A stretch of DNA of 64,000 nucleotides from Planctomycetota bacterium. Its GTDB lineage: Bacteria; Planctomycetota; PLA2; JAEUHO01. The stretch covers positions 32,001-96,000 of the forward strand of contig CBDCTJ010000001.1 of assembly GCA_965222115.1 (NCBI GenBank). Reading direction: 5' to 3'. A program made the translations under genes and the position numbers. Positions 17,468 through 27,355 of this stretch are shown in pieces; positions within the stretch are counted from its first letter, which is position 1, and each line of letters opens with the position of its first letter. The notes under the pieces were generated by a model. That model was given only the letters and a program-made list of their open reading frames with translations. It searched no databases and was not told where the DNA came from.

Positions 17468-19048
17468 GTGAGAACGGTCGCAATCATCAACCGCAAAGGT
17501 GGCGTCGGCAAGACGACGACCGCCGTCAACCTGGGCGCGGCCCTCGCGCTTCGTGGACGGCGCGTGCTCTTGGTTGACTGCGATCCCCAAGCCAACTTGA
17601 GCGACCACGTAGGACACGGGCCGGAGAGTGTGGAACAGTCGCTCTATGAAGTGTTGGTTGATGGGCTCGATCCTACGTCGTTGATACGCAGCACAGCAAC
17701 CGAGAGACTCGACCTACTGCCGGCTCATCCCGATCTCGCGGCCGCCGAAGCGGAGCTCGCCGCGGAGATCGGTCGTGAGACGCGGTTGCGTCGCGCGCTG
17801 GATCAAATCGATAGCGATCGATACGACTGGGTATTGATCGACTGCCCGCCCAGCCTCGGCCTGCTCTCGCTCAACGCCATGGTTGCGGCGAAGGAGCTCA
17901 TACTCACGGTTCAGACGGAGTACTTCGCCATGCGTGGGCTGGGTCATGTGGACGAAGTCATTGGCATGGTGCAAGAGCACGTCAATCCCGAGCTTCGCAT
18001 TCTTGGCATTTTGGCCACGCTGGTGAACCCCGTGACGCGACTTTCCAAAGAAGTCCTTGAAGAGATTCGCGGACACTACGGCGAACTCGTGTTCAAGACG
18101 AAGATCCGCCAGAACATTCGATTGGCAGAAGCACCGGGGCATCAAACACACATCTTCGCGTACCAACCCAGCTCCGCTGGCGCAGAAGACTATCGTTCCC
18201 TCGCTGAGGAAATCGAGGGAGGTGTGGTTACGGCCGACCCGCCGAATAACAGTGCAACTGAAACAGCAACTGCAACCGACATCGACAGCGATGATGCAGT
18301 TGACGATGCCGCCATATCAGAAACAGACGAAACGGCGGAAAGCGAGCCTGCGAAAAAAAATAAGGAAGAACAGGAATCTGATTCACAAGAACTAGAATCA
18401 GAAACTCTCAGCTCAGAAAACTTCCCCACGGAACAGCATTCTTTAAGTGACGAAGATGAGCACGCGCGCTTTAAAACGACGGACGAGCTCGTCGTCGATG
18501 AGCCGAACACATCTGAGCCCGCCGAAAGCGACGACATCGAAGGCAGTGACGTTGAAATCGGTGACGTTGAAATCAGTGACGACGCCATCATCAGTGAACT
18601 CGAAGAACGCGAGAAGATTGGCGACACTGCCGAGGTCGATGACGATGTCAATTTCGAACACATTCGAGATTCGGAAGATTCATCAACAGACGCGAATGAA
18701 CTAGTCGAGTGTGAAGAACGCGCAGATCCCATCGACCACGATCATGACGCGGCGGAACACGCGCCTGTACATGACGAGTCCGATTCATCGAATCCACTCG
18801 ACGAAGCGGAGGGCACCAACGAATTGGCGGAAGTAGCGGAATCGGTGCCCACACTCACGGAGCCAATGGCTACCGATGCTGTGCCCCGCGCCGACGAACC
18901 GCGTCCGCCCGATGAGGTTGAGCCCAATGAAGTCGAGCTGAATGAAGTCCGTACCCCGGGCGCATCGAACGTTTTTGACGCCTCCGATCTGGCCGACAAA
19001 GCGCAGCGCTCGGCCCAATCGAGGCTCGACTCATTTAGAGCAGGTTAG
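17468..19048 (+). CDS. ParA/Soj family ATPase with long acidic disordered C-terminal tail
   Basis: Deviant Walker A NRKGGVGKTTT, DCDPQAN, DCPPSLG, IRQNIRLAEAP; ~270-aa D/E-rich tail; GTG start inferred. Confidence 0.9.
   Translation: MRTVAIINRKGGVGKTTTAVNLGAALALRGRRVLLVDCDPQANLSDHVGHGPESVEQSLYEVLVDGLDPTSLIRSTATERLDLLPAHPDLAAAEAELAAEIGRETRLRRALDQIDSDRYDWVLIDCPPSLGLLSLNAMVAAKELILTVQTEYFAMRGLGHVDEVIGMVQEHVNPELRILGILATLVNPVTRLSKEVLEEIRGHYGELVFKTKIRQNIRLAEAPGHQTHIFAYQPSSAGAEDYRSLAEEIEGGVVTADPPNNSATETATATDIDSDDAVDDAAISETDETAESEPAKKNKEEQESDSQELESETLSSENFPTEQHSLSDEDEHARFKTTDELVVDEPNTSEPAESDDIEGSDVEIGDVEISDDAIISELEEREKIGDTAEVDDDVNFEHIRDSEDSSTDANELVECEERADPIDHDHDAAEHAPVHDESDSSNPLDEAEGTNELAEVAESVPTLTEPMATDAVPRADEPRPPDEVEPNEVELNEVRTPGASNVFDASDLADKAQRSAQSRLDSFRAG
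18546..18580 (+). repeat. 15-bp tandem duplication in the ParA tail
   Basis: GTGACGTTGAAATC(G/A) twice plus GTGAC, encoding SDVEIGDVEISD. Confidence 0.8.
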
Positions 19049-19076
19049 CTTCCCCCCACGTCGGCGTGGGAGGAGC
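19049..19076. terminator. Stem-loop between convergent genes, possible terminator
   Basis: CCCACG-TCGG-CGTGGG stem just after the ParA stop; no clear U-tract. Confidence 0.35.
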
Positions 19077-19131
19077 GATCAACTCTACAAATTTATGGGC
19101 ACTCAGGCTGGGTCCATGCCGTGCGCTCGTG

Positions 19132-21390
19132 CTACCGCAAACTTCCGTCTTCGTTCAGTGTGGCGTCGAGGTAACAGAAGTCGCTGGGGCTGGGTCCCGC
19201 GCTAACGCTCACCGGCGAAGCGCCGTCCGGATCTAGGACGGCGTTCCCATAGAAGCCTGCGGTAACTTGAATGGCATATCGCGGGTTGACTGCTGCAGGA
19301 TCGAGGGCGTCGGGATCGCCCCAGTCAGGGTCCAACCCGTATCCCAAATCGCCGCCCTCAAAGCGAATCCAACGGTTGAGTGACAACACTTCACCTGTCT
19401 CACGATCAATCACGGCGCCCGCGCGGTAGTGGAATCCATCGGCGGCAAACGCAATCTCATTCGCCTGTCCAACACGTGCGGCAGCGCCTCCCGTCACGCG
19501 CAAAGGCACATAAAGCTCTTTGGTGGAATCCGTTCGGAACATATTGGTGGCCCAATGCGATGTCTGCGCATCGCCACCGGTCAGATGTAGTGTCTGCCGC
19601 CAGGCACCTATCAATCCCGTGTCCGGGTTCACAGGAAACACCTGCACGCGATGCTCAGTGGGCGCACTTGCCCAGAGTTCTTCGTGGGGCGCGCCCGGCT
19701 CAAAGCGCACATCGCCCGCGTGGGTTACGGACATGAAATACTCGGTGCGCGTGGTGCCGTTTACGCTGAGTGGACGCGTTTCCGTACGCAATGTAAACGG
19801 TTCACTCGAAGAGACACGACGTACCCAGCGCAGGACTCCGGACGTCTCATACACCATGATCAGACCGCCGTACTCGTCGCCCGACGCTGCGATGTCTACG
19901 GTGCCTCCCACCCCATCCTCAACGGAAAACGCGGGATCACCGCTTGCCTCAAGAAGCACGACCTTGAAATTGTTGCCGCCAATGACGCGCGCCTCGTCCA
20001 CGCGACCTTGGCTCGTGAACACGGCAGCAGATCGCAACATGCGCCCATCCGTCTGGCGCCGCCGTATCTGAATGAAGTCGGCACTTCCTATGCCGGAATC
20101 GGGGAGTACGCGTTGCCAAGACTTCCCCGCATCGATGGTTAGCGTACCTTCGTAGATGATGGCGGAGAGCGGCTGACGGTTCGTGAGTTCATGCGCCGAG
20201 AGAAGCCTTCGCGTACCGGTTCCGTCCAACGTGGCCAACCACTTCAAATTGCCATCGGCGTCGTACCACGCATGCACGTCTCTGGACACACCACCCGTCG
20301 CAGGAAGCACTTGACTGTTTCCGTCCGCCGAAGGAAACGACACGTCTACGGTGGAGTTGACCATGCCTGTAATCGAGAGCGTGTTGTTGGTGTGGAACAT
20401 GCTGTCCGTGAGTTCAAATTCCGTGTCGGCCGAAATCATGTGTTGATACACCTGCGCGCCGGTATCGTCATAGCGCGCGAACACCACTGCCGACCCCACG
20501 GCGGGGCCGTTCACAACGTCGTCGGTTCCGTCGTTCGGCATGAGATGGGCCGTCTCACCCGACTGAAGTGAAAAGAGGTAGCCGCGGCTCCCGTAGGGCA
20601 CGGTTGCGGACTTGTAGGGCATCAGATGCCCCGTGTTGCGATATGCGTTGACCGTCCCCGATGTGCCCTCAACGCGCAGCGGGCAGCGGTGGTACCCGAA
20701 GCGACGAAATACGATGGGCGTCTCGTCCACAACATCGACGGACGCGCCGTTGGCATCGATCATCTTGAGTACGGGCGTATAGCTCGCTGCCGTCAAGATG
20801 CTCGCATCAACCTGGACCGTACTCGCTCCATCGCCCGATCCCGAGGTAACAAATAGCTGGTCGCCTGTGGTGCTCGGGTCGCCGTCCTCGTCGAGCACCA
20901 GATCCCACGTACCGTCTCCGCTGGCAAACACGGCGGACGCGGTGAGCCAGATGTCGGATAGTGGACTTACGGCAGCGCTCGATACACCGGTGACGTTGCC
21001 GTAGATGAGCGACAGCGGGTCGCCGATCGTCTGCTGAACACCGTCCGGCCCAACGGCCAGCAATTGGTAGGTTCCCGGCTGCGCACCGTTTGTGTCCCAC
21101 GGCACGTCGTAGCGACCGTTTACGCCGTTAACTTCACCAATGGCGATGCGGTCTTCAGTTGTCGCCAGATTGCCATCTTGATCGGCATAGAACGCCACGT
21201 GCCCGGAGCCCGTGGAGAAGAAGACGTCAACGGTGAGGTCTACGGTGTCGCGTAGGGGCATCGAGGTCATGGGGCCCGTCGCCGAGACCGCAACGTGATT
21301 GGATGAGGAACCGCTGCCACCACCGCCGCCGCATGACGCAAACGTCAAGAATACGCATGAGAATAGGAACGTTCGAATCATGGTGAGCAT
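19132..21390 (-). CDS. Large surface lipoprotein (Ig-like and beta-propeller-like repeats)
   Basis: Lipobox FASC followed by a GGGGGSGSSS linker; repeated DxDGNxxTTxD loops; Y-D-x-x-G-x-L-x-W propeller-type repeats. Confidence 0.75.
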   Translation of the reverse strand: MLTMIRTFLFSCVFLTFASCGGGGGSGSSSNHVAVSATGPMTSMPLRDTVDLTVDVFFSTGSGHVAFYADQDGNLATTEDRIAIGEVNGVNGRYDVPWDTNGAQPGTYQLLAVGPDGVQQTIGDPLSLIYGNVTGVSSAAVSPLSDIWLTASAVFASGDGTWDLVLDEDGDPSTTGDQLFVTSGSGDGASTVQVDASILTAASYTPVLKMIDANGASVDVVDETPIVFRRFGYHRCPLRVEGTSGTVNAYRNTGHLMPYKSATVPYGSRGYLFSLQSGETAHLMPNDGTDDVVNGPAVGSAVVFARYDDTGAQVYQHMISADTEFELTDSMFHTNNTLSITGMVNSTVDVSFPSADGNSQVLPATGGVSRDVHAWYDADGNLKWLATLDGTGTRRLLSAHELTNRQPLSAIIYEGTLTIDAGKSWQRVLPDSGIGSADFIQIRRRQTDGRMLRSAAVFTSQGRVDEARVIGGNNFKVVLLEASGDPAFSVEDGVGGTVDIAASGDEYGGLIMVYETSGVLRWVRRVSSSEPFTLRTETRPLSVNGTTRTEYFMSVTHAGDVRFEPGAPHEELWASAPTEHRVQVFPVNPDTGLIGAWRQTLHLTGGDAQTSHWATNMFRTDSTKELYVPLRVTGGAAARVGQANEIAFAADGFHYRAGAVIDRETGEVLSLNRWIRFEGGDLGYGLDPDWGDPDALDPAAVNPRYAIQVTAGFYGNAVLDPDGASPVSVSAGPSPSDFCYLDATLNEDGSLR

Positions 21391-21400
21391 CCCGTGTGGA

Positions 21401-22300
21401 CTAGTTGGCAAGCGCGCACCGCGCACCATCGTTTTGCGAGGACAGGGGACCGACTGACTCGATCCATGCATTCAGATCAATGTTGGTTGGGTCAGAGAGA
21501 TTGAGGGCCCAGATCTCACCCGTATCGTTGTCGCTCCAAAAGGAGACGCCGCTCTGAGAGACGTAACACGCACCGAATCGGCGGTCGGGCGCGATCGTCG
21601 TTCGGCCAAGGTTGATCGTCTCGCCCGTATCGGGATTGATGCGCCAGAGATCGGATTCGTGGTTTCCGCTAACGCCGGTCGCCTGCCAGTTCACCGAGTA
21701 GAGCTGCCCATCGATGGGGGAAAACAGCCAGTCCGCGCGCGTTCCTGGATCCCCGTCACCAGAGAACGTGCGCCACGCCAACAGCTCCATATAGGTCGCG
21801 CTAGTCGGATCCACATCAATGACGGCGAAACCAGGAACCCCGGTCCGTGTTATGTACAGCCGTCCATTCGTATCTACATCGCCTGCATAAAGCCCGAACT
21901 CGACAACGCCTTGAAGCGCTACAGGCACCGGAACATAGTGCACGTCCACTTGGATGGGTCGAGCCGATGGGTCAATCGCCGCGATGGCGAATGTGGTAGT
22001 GTCGGCGCGATCCTCGTCGATGGCGACGCCATAGATGCGATGATCCAGCGTGCTGAATCCGATGGCATTCAGACCGCCTAGATCATAGTCGTCAAGGACG
22101 CGCGTGTATCTGCCCGTATGCGGATCTACTTCGTAGAAGTCCGCCGTTGGGCCTTGAACGAGATAGCCCACATCGCAGGCATCAGGCGACGGGCTTGACC
22201 CAAATCCGCCGAAAAGACCCGTGTCACCGCCACACCCGCCTCCGCAGCTAGGGCAGAACGCGAGCGCAGCAACGGCGGCAAAGATCAACAGGGATTTCAT
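21401..22300 (-). CDS. Lipoprotein with beta-propeller domain (DUF6923-like)
   Basis: GGAGG RBS; lipobox-like CPSC; NAIGF..IYG, AGDVD..GRLY, FSPIDGQLY, FGA and terminal NDGARC motifs. Confidence 0.75.
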   Translation of the reverse strand: MKSLLIFAAVAALAFCPSCGGGCGGDTGLFGGFGSSPSPDACDVGYLVQGPTADFYEVDPHTGRYTRVLDDYDLGGLNAIGFSTLDHRIYGVAIDEDRADTTTFAIAAIDPSARPIQVDVHYVPVPVALQGVVEFGLYAGDVDTNGRLYITRTGVPGFAVIDVDPTSATYMELLAWRTFSGDGDPGTRADWLFSPIDGQLYSVNWQATGVSGNHESDLWRINPDTGETINLGRTTIAPDRRFGACYVSQSGVSFWSDNDTGEIWALNLSDPTNIDLNAWIESVGPLSSQNDGARCALAN

Positions 22301-22467
22301 CGCAAGAACCTCCGACAGTCCCTATCGACGATCGGGAAGCTCGCTTGGAGGTGACGACGCACGCGCAAACGAATTGGGCGTACTCCCGTGTGCTTGTGTT
22401 GTTTGGTACGGCATTCGGGACGAGAAGTCTCGACGCCTCGTTCGTGGAAAAGGCTAAGATCTGCCTC

Positions 22468-23211
22468 ATGACCGGGCCGACTCGATCCATCACGCTGGTC
22501 TCGGGTGCATTGCGCCTCGACGCACGATTGCACGAACCCGCCCAAAATTTGCCGGAACGTGGTGCGATCGTCATCGCGCATCCGCATCCCATGCATGGCG
22601 GACACATGAATCACCCGGTGGTGGTGTGTGCAGCAGAGCGGGCGGCAGCAAAGGGGCTCACGGCGCTGCGGTTCGACTTTCGGGGCGTGCAGGCCAGTGA
22701 GGGTCGAACCGACGACATGGAGGGGCATCTGGAAGATTGGCGCGTTGCGCGAAATGACGTTCGCCGACGTGCGCCCGACGGTCCCATGATTGGGTGTGGC
22801 TTCAGCTACGGCTCGCGGACGCTGGCCACCGTACTCGCTCCAAATCAAACCCATCCGCCGCAACTCGATGCCTTGCTGCTTCTCGCGCCAGCAACGCGGG
22901 TGCCCACCACGCGCCGCGACTTTGGCAACTTGCTTTTGGGCCGACCCCTCTCGGAAGCCGCACGCGATTCGCGCGTGCTCGCCAATCTCGGTGCGCTGAC
23001 GCTCCCCACGCAAGTTTTGGTGGGTGAACTTGATGTGGTTGCACCACACGAAGAGTTGCGAGCGGCACTACCCAACCATGCCGCGTTGTCCGTGTTGCCT
23101 GGTCTCAACCATTTTTTTAGCAAGCACACGGGCGCCGGCGCGCTGCATAGCGAGAGCTTTGTTCCCGCTATCGATGGCGCACTCGACGCCTTGCTTCGGG
23201 TCAGCCAATAG
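22468..23211 (+). CDS. Alpha/beta hydrolase
   Basis: HPHPMHGGHM, RFDFRGV, nucleophile elbow GFSYG, GELD, LNHFF. Confidence 0.9.
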   Translation: MTGPTRSITLVSGALRLDARLHEPAQNLPERGAIVIAHPHPMHGGHMNHPVVVCAAERAAAKGLTALRFDFRGVQASEGRTDDMEGHLEDWRVARNDVRRRAPDGPMIGCGFSYGSRTLATVLAPNQTHPPQLDALLLLAPATRVPTTRRDFGNLLLGRPLSEAARDSRVLANLGALTLPTQVLVGELDVVAPHEELRAALPNHAALSVLPGLNHFFSKHTGAGALHSESFVPAIDGALDALLRVSQ

Positions 23212-23215
23212 CGAC

Positions 23216-24631
23216 TTAGCGATGTCGCGCTAGCTGTGCCTCCAGGGCCTCGCGAGACCGTGCATCTTGTGCCAGTGCAATGGCGCGGCGCAAGTAGGGT
23301 GCCGCGAAGCGCCCCATGGCGTCAAAGCTTCGCAATGCAGCCTCTCGGGTGGCTCTGTCCGGCGAAAGCAGATCAGACGTCATCGCCTTCAGCTTGGATT
23401 CCCGAGCGGGCGACAGCAGATCCACGCGCCCCACAAAGACCCGCTCAACGCGCCATGGCTTGGCGATTGCTGCCTCTGACAGCCGAGACGCCTTCTTAGT
23501 GTTATCGGCATTTCTCCTAAACGAGCGCTTCCGTAGTGTAGTGATCTTCAATGGCAAGATCCGATCGACATAGGCACGGGGAAGAACGTAAAGCAGTCGC
23601 AACCCCTCGTCACCGAGCCACCCGTGTTGCCACGTTCGCACCATGGCAAGTGCTTCATCGGTGAACAAGCCTTCTGAGACGAGGCGCTCTTTCATGTCGC
23701 GTACAATGTTCTCGAGTTCCTGTTTGTCGCGTTTGTCATTCATGCTCAAGACACACGTTCCGCCCTCCGCACCTTCGAACTCAGATACTTTCAAGATCTC
23801 GAATCCGATTCGATCGCCACGAACGCAGGCGAGAAAATGAAAGCGGACCGGCTCTTTGACGTTGCTGTTTTGGATACGAAGACGCACGCGCACCTTGTTG
23901 TCTTCTAGTGGTGTCTCCTCGAGTACGCGAATGGTCAAGGGCATGTTGAAGTCACCCAACCCGCGATAGAAGAGACAGCGCTCGTATTCACTGACGGTCC
24001 ACGACCCCGTCTTGTCGGCAATCGCCTTCTGTTCATCGGCGGGCAGGTCGCGCAACTTGTTGTGGTGGCACACGCGCAGGGCGTTGGCCTGAGTCTGACG
24101 GCAGAAGCGCCAGGGGTCGTCGGCGGATACCTTGGGAAACTCCGGTTCTTTCACGTCTCGCGAAAGCACCTCCAGGTCCTGACGGCGCCCCCACGTAATG
24201 GTGCCATCGCGAAGCGGTATGCGATCGACATCGGGTTTCTGGCCCTTGCCATTGACAACAAATCCGCTGCCGTTGGCCGACGTCGCCGCCGGATACCACT
24301 GCGTAATCAGACCCTTGGGGAATCGAACATTTACCCGCACACGACGTGCCTCGGGCGAATAGAAATAGATCACGGGCGTTTCCATCTTTGGCGACACGCC
24401 GGTCAGTCGATGCACGTCGCGCAGATGATGCACAAAAGAGGGCAAGTCGCGTTCTTCGTGTCGCAGCCCGTCAAGCGTCACACCATCGCTCCCTTGAACC
24501 GCGGTAAGCGTGCCCCACTCGTGGGCCTCCAGCGCCTCCCCATCCCACGACCGCTCCTTCGCATGGGCATCGGGCGCAAGTGCCAGCATGGCGGCAACAA
24601 ACAATGAAAACAGTGTTCTTCGAATCGGCAT
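23216..24631 (-). CDS. Exported conserved hypothetical protein
   Basis: GGAGG RBS; signal peptide ending AHA; conserved-looking blocks HEWGT, METPVIYFY, WYP, FYRGLG, GLFTDEALAMVRTW and RVFVGRVD. Confidence 0.8.
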   Translation of the reverse strand: MPIRRTLFSLFVAAMLALAPDAHAKERSWDGEALEAHEWGTLTAVQGSDGVTLDGLRHEERDLPSFVHHLRDVHRLTGVSPKMETPVIYFYSPEARRVRVNVRFPKGLITQWYPAATSANGSGFVVNGKGQKPDVDRIPLRDGTITWGRRQDLEVLSRDVKEPEFPKVSADDPWRFCRQTQANALRVCHHNKLRDLPADEQKAIADKTGSWTVSEYERCLFYRGLGDFNMPLTIRVLEETPLEDNKVRVRLRIQNSNVKEPVRFHFLACVRGDRIGFEILKVSEFEGAEGGTCVLSMNDKRDKQELENIVRDMKERLVSEGLFTDEALAMVRTWQHGWLGDEGLRLLYVLPRAYVDRILPLKITTLRKRSFRRNADNTKKASRLSEAAIAKPWRVERVFVGRVDLLSPARESKLKAMTSDLLSPDRATREAALRSFDAMGRFAAPYLRRAIALAQDARSREALEAQLARHR

Positions 24632-25395
24632 GAGCGCCTCCAGGGGTGGGTTTGCCCTACAAGACGCAGTGAGTCGCATTTCGTTATCGGTGAGGTGTGT
24701 TCCCTGTGGGCGCGCGTCTTGGGTGGTGGGACGCTGCTTGAAGAAGAAACTCTCACCAAGGAAAGGCCAAGGGCACCAAGCGAAAACGGGCGCCTAGACA
24801 CTCCCCTCATTGGGTTATCGAAGGGGAATGGCTCCGAAGGAGCCAAAGCTGATAGCGAAGGGTGAGGCTTCCGAACCCTGGTACATCGTGCCTCTCGAAT
24901 GGAAGCGCTCTGAAAGAGCGCAAGCGTTGCCGGACGTGACCTGTGAAGACGTGAAATGGGTAGAAAGCGGTGCGTTGCTCGAATGGGCACGCTAAGACTC
25001 TAGGACACGAAGGCGCAAGCGTCGGGGAGCGCCTCTTGGCAGGGGCAAAGTCGAATCCAAAAAGACGCCGCGACTGGAACTGAAAACACGTCAAGAATCG
25101 TGTCGGAGATTTGGCGGGTCGAAGACCCGACCAAATCGTAGATCCTGAGTAAGCACAAGCGAATCTCTGATTCGCGCGGTGCGCATCGAAGGGCCGAATC
25201 AAGAGGTGCGTTGATCGACATTGTTCGACTACCTCACATTGCTCATTCAACTTCATTGAACACGTGACGACCCAACGTCGACGACGTTGTCAATCTTGCC
25301 ACGGTGCGCTCCGGGTTGGCATGAGGGTACGTATCGTCACGCTGCGGCACGTGAGCAATTGCTATCGCCAGTCGCACCGCACAACAATGACAACT

Positions 25396-25498
25396 GCCCC
25401 GCAGGGCCGCGGATCACAGCGCGGGGTGTAGCGCAAGCGAAGCGGCGCGGTACCCTGGGTCAGCGTTAACCCATAAGAGACCCGCCCTGACAGGGCGG
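25396..25498. repeat. REP-like cluster of short palindromes
   Basis: GCCCCGCAGGGC, ACCCTGGGT and perfect CCGCCCTG-A-CAGGGCGG (25482-25498) in non-coding DNA; a single copy in this window. Confidence 0.35.
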
Positions 25499-25607
25499 CG
25501 GAATCGTAGTGCGCGCAGTTGCATTCACATGCCGTCATGCGTCCGCTCAACCGCCCGCACACCCGAGACGACTTGTGTAACGCACGCGTGTCGGTTGTGT
25601 CACACAC

Positions 25608-25615
25608 GAATTTAT
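25608..25615 (+). repeat. Target-site duplication, left copy (GAATTTAT)
   Basis: Identical 8-mer on the other side of the IS at 27039-27046. Confidence 0.9.
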
Positions 25616-27038
25616 GAGTCTCCTGCTCTTCATGTGGGTCATGGCAACTTCGGATGGAGTTCGATGCCGCCGTTGCACAGGAACAACATAGAGATCAGCG
25701 CCTTGGCGCTGTGAAATCCGTATGCTCGTCGAGCCACCATGCGGAGCCGATTGTTGATGCCTTCCACGATGCCGTTGGTCATGCGGCAACTGATGTAGGC
25801 GATGATGCCATCGAAGTGCTCCCGAAGCGTTTTGGCCAATCGCACGAACTGTTTGAGTTTGGATCGCGACGCCCAAGCCAGCCACTCACGAAGGGCGCGC
25901 CGAGCTCGCTTCGGTTGAAGGTAATCCAGTGCCGCACCAAGCGACTCCTTTAGGAGATAAGCGCGATACAGCTTCTTGTTCGTCCGCTCGATCTCGCTGA
26001 GCTTGGTCCGCTGCTTCGAATCGAGGTCACAGTAGTTCTTTAGGATTGCGTAACGCGAGTAGAAAATGAACCGACCTTGATCAGTGCCTCGAAGTTCTCG
26101 TAGCTGTTCGCGGCGTACTTCATCGAGTGCCACGCCTGCTAGCTTCTGGATGTGAAAGCGATCGAATACAACTTGGGCTTGAGGGATGTGTGTCGCAATG
26201 GCTTTGCGGTTCCATCCCGCCAGATCCGTCGTTACACCTTCGATCTTGGCAGCGTCCTCCGGCGATATCTCTTCGAAAAACTTGCGTAGCGTCGCTGAAT
26301 CCTTCCCTTCGGCTGCCCACACCACGCGGCGACGATCGTGATCGACAACCAACGTAATGAAGTTGTGTCCGCGAAGATGGCTGAACTCATCCATGCCAAT
26401 CCAGCGCAGATTCGAGAGTCGGTCGGGATCCTGGCGTTTCGCGACGACACGCGTGACGATGGAACCAACCGTTCGCCACGTCACGCCCATTTGGACTGAG
26501 ACCTGCGTCTTGTCCGTCGTTCGAACTAAGTACGCCACCATTTCCTCGAAATCCTTTGTGAATCGGCTCTGAGCCTCAGCCCACGGCACTTGCTCGGCTC
26601 GCACGCCGCAACGGGAGCAGTTCACGCGACGCGGTGAGTATCTGAACCACACTCGCGTAGAACCGATCCCCAGGTGGCGCCAAAACCTAGATCTCAGCCG
26701 ATCGTAGCCCGGGGCCCTTTCCCCACACCCACTGCAACGAGGCAGGCGATGGCGCGGAGACACCGTGGCGATCACGCCACGCAGCGAAAAATCTACCGAT
26801 CGGACGTACATCCCCGGGACATCGATCATCCGATGCAATAACGTGGTGGCGCGCATGGGGCTCCTCTGTTGATTTGTCGATTTCGTAACCAACAAAGAAA
26901 CATGAGTCCCGTGGGCACCTCTAGGTTGTGACAGCCTGTTCTAACAAACATCATTTCTTTTCCTGCCGTCCGCGCCCTCTTAGGGGCGGCAGGACAAGAA
27001 ATCGCAAATGTACGACCCACACAAAGAGCAGTAGAGCC
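25616..27038 (-). mobile_element. ISL3-family insertion sequence, complete (1423 bp)
   Basis: 25-bp imperfect terminal inverted repeats (25616-25640 and 27014-27038, 20/25 match, GGCTCT-type end); 8-bp direct repeat GAATTTAT; intact transposase. Confidence 0.93.
25639..26856 (-). CDS. ISL3 family transposase
   Basis: Zinc finger CSGC..CSRC, IGMDEF, VFDRFHI, RAYLLKE, TNGIVEGINN..RRAYGF. Confidence 0.95.
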   Translation of the reverse strand: MRATTLLHRMIDVPGMYVRSVDFSLRGVIATVSPRHRLPRCSGCGERAPGYDRLRSRFWRHLGIGSTRVWFRYSPRRVNCSRCGVRAEQVPWAEAQSRFTKDFEEMVAYLVRTTDKTQVSVQMGVTWRTVGSIVTRVVAKRQDPDRLSNLRWIGMDEFSHLRGHNFITLVVDHDRRRVVWAAEGKDSATLRKFFEEISPEDAAKIEGVTTDLAGWNRKAIATHIPQAQVVFDRFHIQKLAGVALDEVRREQLRELRGTDQGRFIFYSRYAILKNYCDLDSKQRTKLSEIERTNKKLYRAYLLKESLGAALDYLQPKRARRALREWLAWASRSKLKQFVRLAKTLREHFDGIIAYISCRMTNGIVEGINNRLRMVARRAYGFHSAKALISMLFLCNGGIELHPKLP

Positions 27039-27046
27039 GAATTTAT
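27039..27046 (+). repeat. Target-site duplication, right copy (GAATTTAT)
   Basis: Matches 25608-25615. Confidence 0.9.
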
Positions 27047-27355
27047 GCAACAAGTGTTCACAACAAACGGTGTTCCAAACTCGCAAAGCCGCAAGCAAGC
27101 TATCTTTGAGCGTGATTGACGCGTCGTTCACACGCGGTGTGCTGTTAAAAACACGATTGTTTTCTTTGTAAAAAACGTTGAGAAATTCCGCGCCACCGGT
27201 TGCGCATGTCTCTACTGTCGGTCTTGCGCTGTCGAGAAGCACGCGCGAGTCGCCGTGTTCCTCGTTTTCTCCGCAACGAGCGACAGTCACACATATTGGG
27301 GTACGTATCCGCGCCAATCGCGGAGTGGATAGCGTCCCCGGTTAGGGGGCACACC

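Noticed and set aside
24720-25072. tmRNA-like signals on the minus strand (GGATTCGAC near 25050; ..CCCACCA near 24725)
   Set aside because: No GGGG 5' acceptor strand, the ends do not pair and there is no proper T-arm.
25422-25460. CGGGGTGTAGCGCA resembling the 5' end of tRNA-Pro
   Set aside because: No D-loop GG, anticodon arm or GTTC T-arm follows; better explained as part of a REP-like cluster.
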